Notes: generated by a model not told the origin, from the sequence alone. Positions 27,280 through 41,796 are shown, numbered from the stretch's first letter. The stretch is DNA of 64,000 bases from Lama glama (GCA_028534125.1 CM052818.1:32304001-32368000); one strand, 5' to 3'. A program made the numbers and translations.

Positions 27280-27432
27280 TTCCTTCCCAGATTGCTTTCT
27301 CTAGATCCCAGACATTATATCATCTTATTCATAAATATTTCTGCATACCTCTCTAAAAGATAAAGACTCAAAAAAAAGAACCACAATATCATTATCACAC
27401 ATAGCAGTTTTAATAATAATTCCTTAATATAT
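27280..27432 (-). mobile_element. L1MC4-like 3' fragment
   Basis: atcccagacattatatcatc...ctctaaaagataaagactc...aaccacaatatcattatcacac. Confidence 0.7.
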
Positions 27433-30400
27433 CCTAAGAGTTCTCTCTAACTGGCATCTAAACCGAGTCTACCTTTCACTTTCACTCTGGGCCTTGTCTG
27501 AACCACTGGGGCCAAGGAGGAGGTTTCCCCATTTCCGACAGAGACCCTGACAGCCCAGATCTACATTCTGATTTTGAAGGCAGCTGCTTCTCTATGCTTT
27601 TATCTCTGATAAAGTCATTTTTTCCTTTGTGACCAGGTGCACAGAATCCATTGTGCCCCACAAAGGAGAGGGACTGTTTAATCCTATGGGGATGGTTAGA
27701 GGCCAGCGAAGAGCCTAAAAGTCCTTTGACCTGCCTATCCCACTGTTTCCTCAGGCAGACAAAGCATGGGGTCTAAAACAGCCAAGCCCCCAGTGGGTGG
27801 GACAGAAACGCACTTAGTCTGCCCCTCCTTCCCCTGCTGATGTATAGCTGCTATTGGCAGACTACCGTGCTTTGGAATGGCTTACTCATAATCACTAATA
27901 AAGCCAGTTAGAAATGCCCCGAAAGGTGCTTAGGAAAAAAATGATTGCTTAGACAACTGTTTTAAATATTTGACCATAGAAAATCACCCAGAAATGGGAG
28001 CAGACACAAAAGGATTTTAAATATAAATAAATAAGGAACCAGTGTGCTGAGGTCATTGAACTCCCAAAAGAAAATTACTTTCAAATTACAACTACATAAA
28101 AGAAATAATTGAAAAGATTAATCACACTAAAATAATTGGTCTATTTTACAAGTAATTTGGAGCAATATTCAGTCATTGACATCAATGTCTAGTAGTAAAA
28201 TAGTAATGAATTTCATTCTCTGACTAATGTATTTATTTTATTAATGGTACTAAATGGTGTTGTTACTGCTTATAAATATTTCATAACTTTTAATTCATTA
28301 AAATGTTCAAGGAATTTCCAAAAGTATTTATTAGTTTTAAATCATCCTTAGTATTCAATATGCGATTGCCACTCTGTCTGGGTAATTTAAAAAATTATTG
28401 TTTTGGGTAACAGGAGTCTCTTTGAATGTGGAGGATTAAGCCCCAGTTATTAATGAGACTCTCGCTCCAGCTGGTGATGAATGAGGGGCTTGGTGAAGCT
28501 GTGTTCCCTCTTCGGGTCTCTAAGGCCTCTCTGTAGCCATTCCTTAAAACCTGTGGCTGCTGGGCAAACAGGGTGCACCCAGATAAATTAATTCTGGAGA
28601 TGATAAGAGAAATGTCACCTTAGACTTCAGTTTCAATCCACACCTCACCCATATCTTCTCCATCTTCCTGAAACAGCTGACAGCAAAATTGGTATATTCC
28701 AACCTCACCTCCTCTGTTTCTTTCATTCTTTGATAGGGGCCATAACAAGTGAAATGGGGAAAAAATGCAACAGAAAGAAAAGCAAAGGACACCACATCAT
28801 GAGTAGTGGGAGGAGGATAGACTATGCATAAAGGAAACGTGGATTTGAGTCCTAACTGAGTTGTTTAGGTTCTGTGTGTCCATTAAATCCTGCAGTACTA
28901 GATCATTCACCTGTGAAATGAAGACAGTGGTACCTGCCCCAAGGTCTGTGTGGGGTTTGAATATGTTAGTGTCTGTGCCTACGTGACACCATGCCTGGAA
29001 CCTAGTGAGGAATCAAACAGGGTTAGTTCTACTCTTCCCTAAGTCCAAAGAGTGTCCTGGTGGTGTTGGGGTCCTGTGGTCTTGGCAATGGTTAATTAAC
29101 CATGATACATACAATTAGTATGAGTCATCAGGAAAAACCAGACAACAGTGAATTGTACAACTCAGGGGACTGGTGACGTCTAAGGAAGTTCCCTGGAGAA
29201 GGGACAGGATCTCTCTGCTCTCAGCACTCTGTCCCACAGATCTGGGATCAGGCTCGCTGCACAGCGTCCAGAGCCTTTTCCACACAGGTAATGGCTAAAA
29301 GCATTTGTCTGTGGGCAAATTGGGTGGGGCCAGGATCCAACCAGTGGCTTGAGGTGAAGTGGGGCCACTTGGACACTTGTACCTCGAGGATATATAGTGA
29401 TTTTCTAGGAGTGTCCAAACCCACAGAATCAGCATGATACATCTTTCCTGATGAGAGTGAAGGGACATTTTATATTAAAACTACCAGGGCACTATATTAT
29501 ATATTGGGCTGCAATGCAAGCAAGCTGCACACAAATTTAAGATAAGACATAGGCTTAAATACCTTCCCAGATTCACCCCTCTCTGCCATTGGGAGAGCAT
29601 AAAAGGGCACATTGGTGAAGTACCATTCCAGAGAGACAGAGGACACTAGTAAGATAAGGAGGTGCAGCCACTCCAGGATCACCCACTGGAAAGCTGGTGC
29701 CAAAGGGAATGCGTCCTCTCAGTGCAAGCTACGGATGGGCAGAATGACAGGCAGAACCCAAGTCACACTGGAGACCAGCAGTTGGACCCTAAGCTACCAA
29801 ATGAGGCAGAGAAGGGCTCAGTTACTAAAATTTAGGTACCAGGCCAGGGCCAGACTAACCAAATATTGGATTGCAAAGTCCCCTGTGCATTGGCCTCAAG
29901 CTTCTTAAATTTCCCCAAGGACAGAATTGATCTGAGTTGGTTTTGTTTTGTTTTTGTTTGAAGGAGGGTACAGGGAGGGGTACTAAACCTTTATCTGAAG
30001 ATCTAGGGGACGTTTTACTTCCTCTCTTCCCAGACCCCTGGACAGAGCCCCTCCCCCAAGGCACTTGAGAACCATATGGCAAAGCCCTCTGGAGTGGAGG
30101 ACTGTGAGCATGGGCTCAGGAACCATTGGCTCACTGTTGGGCGTAGACTGGAAGGATAAGACCCTGCACTGCCGGGATGTGATGCTTTTATCTTTTCACT
30201 CATGGTTGTTTCGCGGTTTGGATCATTCTCTCTCAAGCGATGCCATGAACATGGTTTTTATGGAACTTTGGCTAGCCTTCTTTGTTTTGATTTGTTTGGG
30301 GAGAAAACACAGGTACCGGTTGCTCAGCAGCTGCCCGGAAAGCCTCACAATGCAGTTTGCAAACCACAGGGCGGGGGTCTCTGAAATCCCTCCTCACTCA

Positions 30401-32052
30401 GCTCCAATGTTCTCAGATTCTATGAGCAATATGGGGGTGGATGTAAATAAAGTCTTTTGGCTTTTGCTTCTTTTGCTTCTTCATTTAGCTCTTAGCCAGC
30501 ATTTTGTGTCTATAAAACGCTTAACAAACATTGACTAATTACCCCTCATTAATCATTCATGCAACTGGTAGACCAGGGTCTTATCATTTCCTTCAAGAAC
30601 ACCAATGTAATATCCTGTCTGAATCCCAAGTCACACGCAGCGGGGTGATGGGGCCGTCACGGCAGCACTGGGATCCTCCTGAGCTCACTGGGGGAGTGGG
30701 CCGGAAGGTGGCACAGGCTCTGTGAGGCTACAACCCCACTAGGACACCCTTCTGCTCTAATGAACAGGAAGGACAAGTCACATTGCCAGCCAGCAGCTGC
30801 TGAGAGGCAATAAGCTTTAATTAGAGGCTTCTTCCTGGAAATTCACATGGACATAATAAGGCCGTTGTCTTAAAAGGCCCAGAGAGGTTGAATGCCTCAA
30901 CTTTCTTTTGCTTTTATAAGCTGATCTTTTCAATCATTTGTGAAACATAAATATAATGAAAACATTGGCTCTGATGCGCTCCCCAGTGCTACAGGGACAG
31001 GCAGCCCAAGTCTAGGTCAGGAGGCAGCCCGTCTGTGTGGGTTTATGGCTTAGGAATGCAGAGCAGGACAGATGAATGAGCTGTCACAGCTGGGAACAGC
31101 AGTAGAAGGGACCCCTGGAGAGAGTCATTTGGTCACAGGGAAGGCTGGGAATGGAGCAAGCTCCATGCACCCAGTCCCCAGAGGTCGAGGAGAGCCTGTG
31201 AGTAGCCCTCAGCCTCTGTCCCATGGACTTGGGCCTGTGAGTGTATAAAGCTGGTTTGAGAAATGCCTGGAATTACATTATGTGGATTAGAACAAAAGCA
31301 GAAAACTACAAGGAGAAATGGTGTCCGTTTTCCTTCTTTTCTTACCATCTGAGGACAAGTATCTTTTTTCTTATTAGTGCACAGACACAAACTCTTGCTC
31401 CCTGGCTGTCACATGCTCTTTCTCTCCTGTATCCACTAATGTCAGAGGCCTGTTCTCTTGCCATTCTTCCCCTGCTGTGGCCCTTTCCCATTCCTTTCTC
31501 TCCATCCCTTACCTGTGGCTATGTGTAACCCCAGAGCATCTCCTCGATTCAGATTCCTGTCATTTCTTTACTCTGTGTTAATAATAAGTAAAGACAGACA
31601 GATCGTTTCCCTTCTCAGATGTTTGTTTTGGCATCCGGTGGACAGCCTCTCCCTACATCCCCCCGCCCTCAGTCTCTCTTCCCTCTGTCTCTCCCAGACT
31701 CTGGATGTCTTTGTCTTTGTTTTTCTATTAACCTCTTCTCTTCTCAACTTTCTTCCTCTCCTTGAGAGGGGAAGAAAACTGAGCCATGCAATGGCCATAT
31801 GATCACTGTGGCCACCTCCATTTTCAGCGTAGCCTGCTCTGCACTCACTCCAGGCACAGGCCTGAAGCCCCGCACTCGTGGACAGCAGCTGAAACAGTCA
31901 GTCTGGCCACACGGGGGGCACACATGGAGTCTTCTCATTCCTTCCTTATTCCAAACGTAGATTTTTCTCCTCTCCTCCTTTTTTCCCTTCTCCTGTTTTT
32001 CCTCCATTTCTTCATATACTTGTCATTCTCTCATTAGAAGACCTCACCTCCC

Positions 32053-32066
32053 CACACACACGTGTG

Positions 32067-32102
<36 letters not shown>
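32053..32102. repeat. (CA)n microsatellite within a 50-bp perfect purine/pyrimidine alternation
   Basis: cacacacacgtgtgcatat followed by (AC)15 and a final A. Confidence 0.95.
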
Positions 32103-32105
<3 letters not shown>

Positions 32106-35100
32106 GCGCATACATGCTCATGAACAGTGGAGGCTTTTGTGGGACATTTGGACATGATGATCCTAAAGAGAGCCTCAGGGGCAAAAGCACCATCTTTAGT
32201 TAAGAGTGAGGTCTTACCTCAGACTGAAGTCTTTCCTGGTGTCAATGACTTGGCAAAGGCAAGGATCTAGGTAGATGAGAGGGTCTGGCATTTTCCTCTG
32301 GGGGTCAAGGAATGGAATTGGAGTGATCTCTTGGGTTGTGGAGCTGAAGTTGCACTCAGCACATGAGAAGACACTAGAAGCTGGGAAGGAGAGGCTTGGG
32401 AAAACTCTCCTCTCTCCTGAGGTCAGCAAAGCACAGAATCCAAGTTCGTGTTTCACACCTGAGGTTTTCTCCCTCGCCTTTCCCAGTCTTTAGGAAAGTC
32501 GTGTTGAACGTTCCAGCTTACCTTGGTTGTGCTCCAAGAGTTTTGTTTGGGGGTTAGCCAGGGTTTTAAACGGTTTAAACATCACTCTGGAGACCAGATG
32601 GAAGATGGCAGTAGTGATCCACAAGATTCTCCAAGGAAATGACAAGTCTCAGAAAATGAGGGAGGAAGGGAGGGAAGAAAAGAGGACGGGAGGGAACAAA
32701 GGCTGTGTGGTGTAGCCACTGCCCCCACCATGAAATTCTTCTGTGCCAAACTTGGAGATTCTGAGCTTGCATCGATTAAGGAAGGTGCAATCTCTCTACC
32801 TGGTATCTGTCCAGATGTATAAACTGGGCTCCCCATTTCCCCACCACCTAGTAACTGGACTCCACAACAGAAATCCAGGCTTCCGGAAGACTTTATTAAA
32901 GAGCTTTATAAAAGACTTTATTAAAGAACCCAAACTCTTTGGGCTTTTTTTAGTTGTAAAAAATCTTTATTTGCATTTCTATGTTATTGTATTATCAGGA
33001 GCAACTTCATGAGAAGCTCTACTGACATGTGAGCTTCCCCCATCTCTACTGGTTGGTTGTTGCTTTTCAGAGACAAAAAATAGAAAAAGGGTCACACAGT
33101 TACCACTTGATGGGCTCTTTTGTCAGGTGTAGAACTCCTTCCACCACACCCCCAACCCCAGCCCTGGGGTCCCATGCAGATGACCCCATTAAGTGGTGTG
33201 AGTGGTAGCCCAAGGCTCCGGCCACAGAGCTCTGGCAAGGCTTCATAGGACTTGGGTGGATCACCGAAGTCCCACAGCCTATTTGACTTCTGCTTTTTTG
33301 CAAGCCTTCCACCTCATCTCTGCATCCCCAGCTCTTGGCTCAAAGCCTAGCACACTATGGGGGTTCCGTGAATTTTTGTTGAGTGTTGAATGAGTGAGCA
33401 AACAAATGAATCAAGAGAGAGAGGTGAGGAAAGTGTCTATGAATGCAAAGCAGAGTGGAAAATTGAGATCAGCAGATAGAAATTGTAAACAAGGCAAATG
33501 TATCAATATCTCAGGTGGTTTCAGATGCCATTTTAGGGGGATGCTCTACTTTGTAAGCATAGGCAAAGACAAACACACCCGACAGTATAAGCTTAAGTTC
33601 CAGATTCTCCCCTGCCAAAATACTAATAATGACTATTATTGTTGGTATTGCAAGAGTAGTCCCTCCAGTACACACCATCTAGAAACTTCTTCCCTGTGTC
33701 CCCAACACTGCCAGAACTACCCAGGCTGGTGATCAGCAATGTACTCACCTCCATGTGATTTGCTTGAGGTAGGACTTGGCCACCGCTCTGCAGATGTTAC
33801 AGGAAATCAAACAGCAAATGTACTTGTAGTCACTGTATTCTACCAGCTCTCTTGCCTTCTGGGGCTTCAGCTAACCCTACAATTCTTCACTCTTGAAAAT
33901 CATAAGTTTCATATAATTGAGCATCTGTACAGGGTCTAAAGAAATTTTTTTTGTCTTTCTTCCCACCATCCCCCTAATTTTACAGATTAGCACACTGAGG
34001 CCCAAAGAAGTTAGGGCTCTAAAATTACCAAATGGCCAAGTTGTGACTTTTTACATCCTATTCTATTTTTCCTTCCATCTCTCCCTGCTACTACTCAGCA
34101 TTGGAAAGATTAGAAGATGGCTCTAACATCTATGTATTTCTCTTCCCCACTCCCCAGGAAGCCCCATCCCAGATCCTCACCATTCAGCATGCAGCCTGGC
34201 AAAGACCAGATGCTCAATCAGTGGTTTTAATTGAAAGAAACGAATGCATGGCATCCTGATAAAGCATTGAATGGGTGATAAGCATACTGGAACCTTATAT
34301 CTCAGCTTGTATTTTCAAAGAGAGGGCCAGGCACACTTAGCCCAGGAAGAGGGCACACCTAAGAAGAGAGCTATGGCTGGGAAAGAAAATCCAGGCCAGT
34401 TATGATGTAAGAGAATCAGTCCATTGGAAAGGGTTTTAAACATCACAGAGAGGATGTAAATTTTGCAATCCATGTGCAAAAATTAAAAATTAAACTTAAC
34501 TTGGCTCGTAGAAGAACGCCCCCCCCCATTTCCATGTTTGACAGACAGCTTAATCTAAAGTCAGCTCTGAACAGGAATTTTCTTTACCCCTTTTGGATAG
34601 TTCAGAAATCTCCCCTTTGCCCTTCCCATTCCTCTGGAAAGCAAGTAAAAATAGGAAGACTTCTGTGCCATCTGGTAATGAAAGAGCCATCCACTCTGGC
34701 CTCCTCCAAGAGATTTGTTCACTCCCTCTTGGTCTTTGGTCATTGGGCCAGGCCCGTGAGTGTGACTGAAAGAGTCCTTGGTTGCAGGTCTTCTGGTCCA
34801 CATGGGTCACTCCAGCTCCATCCACAAGCCTCCACAGCTCTGCCCATACCCTCTCAGCTACCTCCAGGCCCCTCAGGGAGACACTGAGACTCCTGATGCC
34901 CTCCCATGCTGCTCTGGGTTCAGGGCCCCCTTCTGCCCTCGCCCTCCCAGCTGCCCCATGCCACTCTCCTCGCCCTGCTGAAGCAGCCCAGCACTAATCC
35001 AGGTTGCAAATCCCCTCAACATTTCTGGTCTTTGTCTCTTTCCCACGCCCCGACCAGGCCAAGTCCCAGGTAGGAAATGCACAGAGCTTGTTGCCCCAGC

Positions 35101-38100
35101 GGAGCTACTCACTTGCTCTCCTTTTCTAACTGTCTCTTTGTTCCCAGTCTCTGGGATCTATTCCCCACCGCTGAACGTTCTGCCTCACTCTGCGGTTTTC
35201 ACCAGTGTGGTTTAAGGCCTGTGTTTGGGGGCCTTATCAGTTCTTGGTTCCACATACTCAAGACTCAATTTTTTGACTCCAAGCTCTGGTTCACCTTCAA
35301 AAAGTCCATATCTTACTGTGGAAAAGCTGTATGTTCAAGTGTATCTGCACTCCCTCCTCCAAGGTAGTGCCTGGAGAAGGCAGTGGAAGCTCTCTGAATG
35401 GAGGAGGGTGAGGGAGTGGGGCTACAAAACTCAGGAAAAAGAAACCTCAGATGGTGTTCCAAAATATTCTCGTATTTTGAATCATAATTATCATAATCAT
35501 GATAATATGGTCATATTATCACACCCCCTGACTCCAGTTGTCTGGCTGTGCCTCCAGCTGAAACCATCCCCAGGGAGAACTATCAGTGCTCCTTTATAAG
35601 GGCCCTCATGGGAAGAGTTCCAGCAATGACTTTCATAGGAGAAAAAGAACTCTAAATATTTTTAAAGTTCTAAGGTGTTCCAACTAACACTCACTCCTTC
35701 TGGGTGTGGGTTGTGGTCCTGAGTCTGGCTCGGAGCCTCACAGAACCGTGTGTGTGTCTCTGTGGTTCACACCGTAGTCTCCCCTGGCAAAAGATCATGA
35801 CCTAAGGCAAACCCAGCTTGGGTTCTGTGATGGTCAGATTTGTTTCTTGAAAGCACCTCTTCATCTTTTTCCTGCTGAAGATTCCTATCACCTGTAGAGT
35901 CAAGTTCAAAGAACTTAAAGCCTTCCTTCTCTGCCCCGATCTGCCTGCCCATCTTGGCTTCTGACTAAATCTCACACTCCTGCCCACCAGATCAACAAGC
36001 TGTCCCCTGAAGAGGTCAGGGATGGTTATTCCACCGGTCCTAGCCCCACCTGTTCATCAGGGACCCTCACAACTCTAATCTCATCCCGCAGCAGCATCTG
36101 GGAGCACTTCCCACAGCATCATCATTTAAGCCGCTCATTTGGCACTAACTGGCCTTAGAGCATCCGCTCCTCATGGCTTCTCATAGAAAATTACTTCATT
36201 TTTAGTACTAGTCTATGTTTTGGGTAGAGTCTGCCCACTCTTGATTCATCCAGCAGCCATGAAAATGAGTTCCTGCACATCTAGATGGTACGCTCTCTGA
36301 GGACAGTGCACCACAGTGAAAGAGTTTAGAGCCGCAGATAACATTCACCTAACTCAGCCTCTCTAAGCACTGGTTATTTCTTGTGGTAAAACAAGAATCA
36401 TTACAATGCCAACCTTACAGGGATGGACTTGGACTCAGTGAGACAACCTGTGATACAAATTGGCACAGGAAATTTTCCAAAACTTCCCATCCTTCTTTCT
36501 CTTTAGAGTTCTGTATTTCCTCCCCCTTCCCACTCCCACTCACCAAAATGTGTCCCACCAGCTCACACGATGGTCCAATGCCTAAAGCATAAGTTGTCCT
36601 CAATAAAGATTTACTCAGTGGATGAGAGATAAAGGGATGAATGAATTAACAAGAACAAATGACATGTTAGGACGGCTCCATTACCCGCACTTGCTCTCTA
36701 TTCTACCTTCCATCTCCACCAGAGCAGCCTCACCCAGCCTCTGGGAGGCCTCCAGACCACTCTCCTGAGCCCCAGCTCTTCCTCATTCGTTTTGCTAAGG
36801 AAGAAGTTGGCAAGGATCCCTGATCGGGCTGTGGTTTCCTTGACAGTGAAAACCAGGGCACATGTGAGGAATGATCATTGGCTTTTCCCTCAAGGACAGT
36901 GTGTCCTTCAGAAAGAACTGGCAGGATTTCTGTCAGAGCTAATGCCCTCTCTGTGCAAGTGTGCTAGGGGCTTCCAGCTTTCCTAAGCCGTGATAGGAAG
37001 CCCGCGGCAAGCCAACCTTGTTAGCTGGAACCTTCCCCAGCATAGCACCTGCCCTGGTTCTCAGAAATCACCACAGCTTCTCACACTGCTCCGTTTCCCT
37101 TTCCAGGAGGGAAAAGGGAGACAGTCCTAAAACCGAAGCTGTCTCAGCCATGAGACAATGTGATCATTACCCAAACTGGGCATTTCTGTTCCAGGTCTGA
37201 GAACACCAGGTGTCTGCCATGGAGGTGGAGTAACTGTCTTAGACATATGAATCTGATGGAAGGTCTCCCTTTAATTAATCTCTAATCATGAAAGACTGCA
37301 ATTCAGTGTAGAACATTAACTCAGTAATATTTATTTTTCCCATTTTGAATCTCTGTTTATGGCCCATAATGAGGGACTGGGAGGTTGGGTGACATTTTTA
37401 AGGGCTCAGATTTATTTTGGCAAGACCACTGGAGAGTTTCGTAATCTTGCTCCCAAGATAGAAGGAAGAAGGTCTCGTAGGGGAAGGGGTGTCAGTTTGC
37501 AGCAGCATTCCAGCTAAAGTATTATATTCTCCTGATGCTTTTCACAAACAGAAGGAGGTATTGCAATCTGGTTTCTTCTGTACTTTTCTTAATAACTTTT
37601 CTGAAGAGATGACTGAGTCTGAATGGTTGACTCAAATTATACCAGCTTTCCAAGCATCCTGCTTTCAGAGGTGGGAATGATGAATTGAAGAGTTAATTAT
37701 TTCTGTTTTTAAAATGTGTCCATCACAGAGGTCCCTGGGCTTGTGTGCAAAGATCAAAAGACACAATTCCCTCAGAAAAATAGACTAGGTAACCTGTATG
37801 TAGGCCAAGCCAACTATAGTGTAGACAACCATCAAACCTGGCCCTTAGATTCTTGCTGGTAGTGGTCCAGCAGGTTCATTGACCTAGAGGACATGTCCCA
37901 GTGGAAGTGAGGGTTTCATGAGGGTGTGAGAGAGAAGGACTCACACTTCCACTTGTACTTTCCAGTCAGGAGACCAGCCTCTTTGGGGCTGAGCTCAGAG
38001 AGGTACCACTCCATGGAAGAGGCTCTGCCTCCAGTTCCCTGGATATACTGTTTTCCAAAAAATAGCCTAGCAGCGATGAATGAAGACCCCCTAGGAATAA

Positions 38101-39769
38101 AGAAGCCGAAGTGGGGTCTGTGCTGCCAGAAAAAAGACATTCCCAGAGCCATTGATTTACGATGTTGTACACACCCCAGGCTCCTCCTGAGAAGAGATCC
38201 CTGAAACCCCACACTCTTAGAAAAAGGCTCAAGACATCCAGGAAGAAAGGGAAACAGACTAACCCACTTCTACTCGGGACCCTTGGAGAGTGGGAGAGGC
38301 AGGTGCAAAACAAAGGAAAGAGGAGGGAAAGGAAAGGGAGAGGAGGGTAGGCAAGGCATGGCTGTTGATAAAAGCGTTCAGAGAAACATCTTTGCCTTTT
38401 CCACACAAAATGGTGGTGATGTGTTGAAAATACTGGCTAGAGAGTTCACTGTTGTGGTCACCCATGTAAATGGGAACCAGTAGAAGAGAAATTACACGTG
38501 CCTAATGCTCTCATTCAGTGTGGTTTTTTATTATTTTAGGGGAGGTTGGGTTTTTTGGTTGTTTTGTGGTTTCTTTTGGCATCCACTGTTTACTGGCACC
38601 ATATTATGTCCTGGGAAATATAAATATAAATAAAAATGAAACCAAGTTTCCTGGCCTTAAAGAGTTCAGCCTAGTGAATAAGAAGACAGGGAAGGAAGTA
38701 GTTACAGTTCAGGGAGGTGAATGCAGATAAAGTTGCGCCACAGCGCCATGGAAATACGGAGGATGGAGTGACTGACTAGGGCTTGTGTGAAGACAGTTGT
38801 ACAGAGCTGTAGAGGGGAAACGTAGCAGAAAAGCACAGAAATTCCCCCCATCTCCTGAGACCCAGCCAGCTGCAGGCTGCCTCCTAGACCCTCCTTCCCT
38901 CCCCGAGTAGAATTGATCCACTCCACTTGCTGCAAACACACCCCTCCTGTGACAGTTTTCTCCACACCTTGTCACACATTAAACACTCTGCTTCCTCCTA
39001 ATATACTGCAAACTCCTTGCACACAAGGGCTTTGTTTTGTTCATGTTTGCATCTTTAGCACCTAGACTAGATGATGTAGAATATTGTGGGTCAGATTGTG
39101 GGTTGCTAGTAAGTGTTTGTTGGAAGGAAAGAAACAAGGAAGAAAGTGAGGAAGGAAAGAGGGAGAGGTGAGGGAGGAAGGAAGGAAATTAATTTCTTAA
39201 GATTCCAGCACTTATTTCCATAAGTGCTCCATCATTCTCCTGTATTTGGCCTCCTTCCAGTGCCGCCTCCTCCACGCCTGTCCCTCGTTTGCCCACTCTC
39301 TTCTAATTCTCACCCCCCATCCTTGCCTGTGCCCTCCCTCTCCCTTGCCAGCCACAGTCGCCCTTTGTCCTTTTTTCCTCCTTTCCCACCTCTTCACTCC
39401 CTGTCTGACCCCTGGGCCTTTGTGTCCTTTCTCCATCCTTCTCTCCCTAATTTCCCATTACTTTAGTGGGTCAGGAGTCTGATACAAATCATGAAAAACA
39501 ATGAAGTGAGGGAAAGGATGAGCCCAGTGTAATTTGTTTTCAATCTTCTTAGACCTTAGGTCAGTGAGAAACAAAGAAGAACCTGGGCTTGGTGCCTCCA
39601 CAGCCTTCACTGTCTGGGGTCACTGGCCGTGGACAGACCACAAGATCCGACGATCACAGGGCCAATCCATTCTGAGTTTCCAGCCCAAAGCAAGAGTCAG
39701 GCAGAGCCCTTGCTCTGCTGAAAAAGAGCCCACCCAGTGATCCCAGACCACAAGTCTCATGGGAATCAC

Positions 39770-39925
39770 CTATCCCGACCTCCTCACTTCACAGCATAGA
39801 AACCCCAGGCACCAGAGAAATTAAGTGACTGACGCAAGGTTGCACAGCAAGTCACAACTGAGCCAAAACCAGAATCTGGTCTCCCAACAGCTAGTCCAGT
39901 GCTTCCCCACTACAATGCATTGCCT
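39770..39925 (-). mobile_element. MIR SINE
   Basis: agagaaattaagtgactgacgcaaggttgcacagcaagt...gagccaaaaccagaatctgg. Confidence 0.65.
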
Positions 39926-41796
39926 CTGCCTCCTGCAGGACGCTGCCTGCGAGGCGGGATTGATGCCGCTGGCACGCGCACACGCCGGGAGTCATTCTTC
40001 CTGCAGAGAAATGCAGCCAGCTACAGGGAGGAAGGTGACAGCTGTTTAACAGCAGCTCTGCGGGATGGTTCTGGACTTACAATGTGGAATATTATCTCTC
40101 ACTAATGCGTTAGAGGAGATGCAGGGAAACTGAATGTAATTTCCCAAACGGCTGTTTCTCCCGGATACCAAAACCAATTCTCCCACCCTGGTGGATAATG
40201 CTGAGGGGTGTTTAACAATTGGCTTGTGCCCTGTCTGAAAGCTGTCACCGCTGCTAATGGCAGGGGGACCTGTTCTGCCGATCAGGGGTATCAATTTTGG
40301 GCTCATCCATTTCCTTAGGGCTCCTGAGAGAGTGTCTCCAGCCAGGAGGATCCCGAGGCTTTGCTGCTCAGCTTCTCACGTCCTCCCTCAGTTGTGGCCC
40401 TTCTTCCCCACTTCCCTCTGCCACTCACTGTGCCCCTGGCAGCCTCTTTGGTTCCAGGCCCCTGTGACTGGGTGTGTGGAGAGCAGGGATTCAGAGAAAC
40501 ACTCTAGTCTTGGAAGAACCTAGGACAAAAGGGCTTCCTGTCACCTCTTTTTAAGCAAACCTCATACACAAGCGTCTCAACTATAGAGCACATAAATTAA
40601 GCATAATTAATTCATCTCGTCAACCTAGAAATAACTTCTCCTCCTGTAAATGTCTGAAGGCTTTTATTTTTACCACCATTATGGTACTTATGTTTTACCA
40701 CAATTCCTTGTTATTTGTGCTCCTGTCACATCTGCCCTAAGATTGCTACTCTTTGAGGATAAGAGTCCATGAATCATCTCTGTATTTCCACAGCACCTGA
40801 CACCTACCATAGAGCCAGACACAGGGAAGATGCCCAGTGAATAGAAACGTAACATGAAGTCACTGACAAAAACAGGTTTAATACATGGCTTTAGAGAAAA
40901 GTGCCCACTGCATGCAGGGGCAAGCCTCGTGTAATGGTAATGTGCGGCCTTTGTACCTCCTGCTCTGCAAAGGCCAGTAGGCTGCCCAGAGGCTAGACCT
41001 GTGATGGGGGAGGATTGCCGGCCAGGTTCAGGACAGCGAGCAGACTCTGCAGCAGCTCATTATCCAGAAAGAAAGGGAATGGAACCCACTCAGGCTCATA
41101 TGGAGACCAGGACCTAGAAGACTCACTCATGGTTATGTGGATTCTGCCCAGGAAGGGAGGGTCAGTGGACTTCAGAAAGCCAGGGACGTTTGAGCTAAGC
41201 CAGAAAAGCCACAGGAGGATCAGGCTTCCAGGCTGTAGACACCCACTGCCCTGGATGCGAGAAGGGAGTTCTAATGCACATATTCTTCCCCTTAGAATGA
41301 GGAAGCACCTGGACAAAGTCTGCAAAGACGTAGGCACCACCCACGAGCTGCGCTCCATAAGCTCTGTGTCAGGTAGAATTGTCTCCAAGATGGAGAGAGG
41401 AGGGGAGAAGGCGGTGAGACCAGACCACATGCTCAGGAGACTCAGTCTGGGGATGAGCTGGGTGGTGCTGGCCTCCTTCTGGGAGGTGAGCTGGCTGGTG
41501 CAGCCCACTAATGATACTGAGAGCCTGTGCAAATCCAGTCTCCGGAAGCTCGAGAGAATGTATTGATCCCAAAGTCACCCTCAGGTGGAACCGCCATAAG
41601 TTGCCAGTCAGCTTTTATTATGTGAGAGACTTCCACAGTCTGAGAGTTTGACTTTCTCCCTTTTATTAGCTTAATGAAATACCATGACTTGGCCCAACCA
41701 CAAGAAAGCACCCAATGAAGAGGGAACAGGATTCTGGGCTGATTGTCTAGGCTCCTCACTGAGAAGGCTGGGACGCCAACCCTGCCAGGAACCCTG

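Noticed and set aside
39121..39460. Purine-rich tract followed by pyrimidine-rich tract (fold-back or triplex)
   Set aside because: Low-complexity sequence, partly an expanded L2 tail, with no extended precise complementarity.
40993..41566. Overlapping 183-aa (+) and 179-aa (-) ORFs, the longest in the track
   Set aside because: Non-ATG starts, no recognisable domain, and no splice or retrocopy hallmarks (poly-A, TSD). Lengths are compatible with chance in fairly GC-rich intron.
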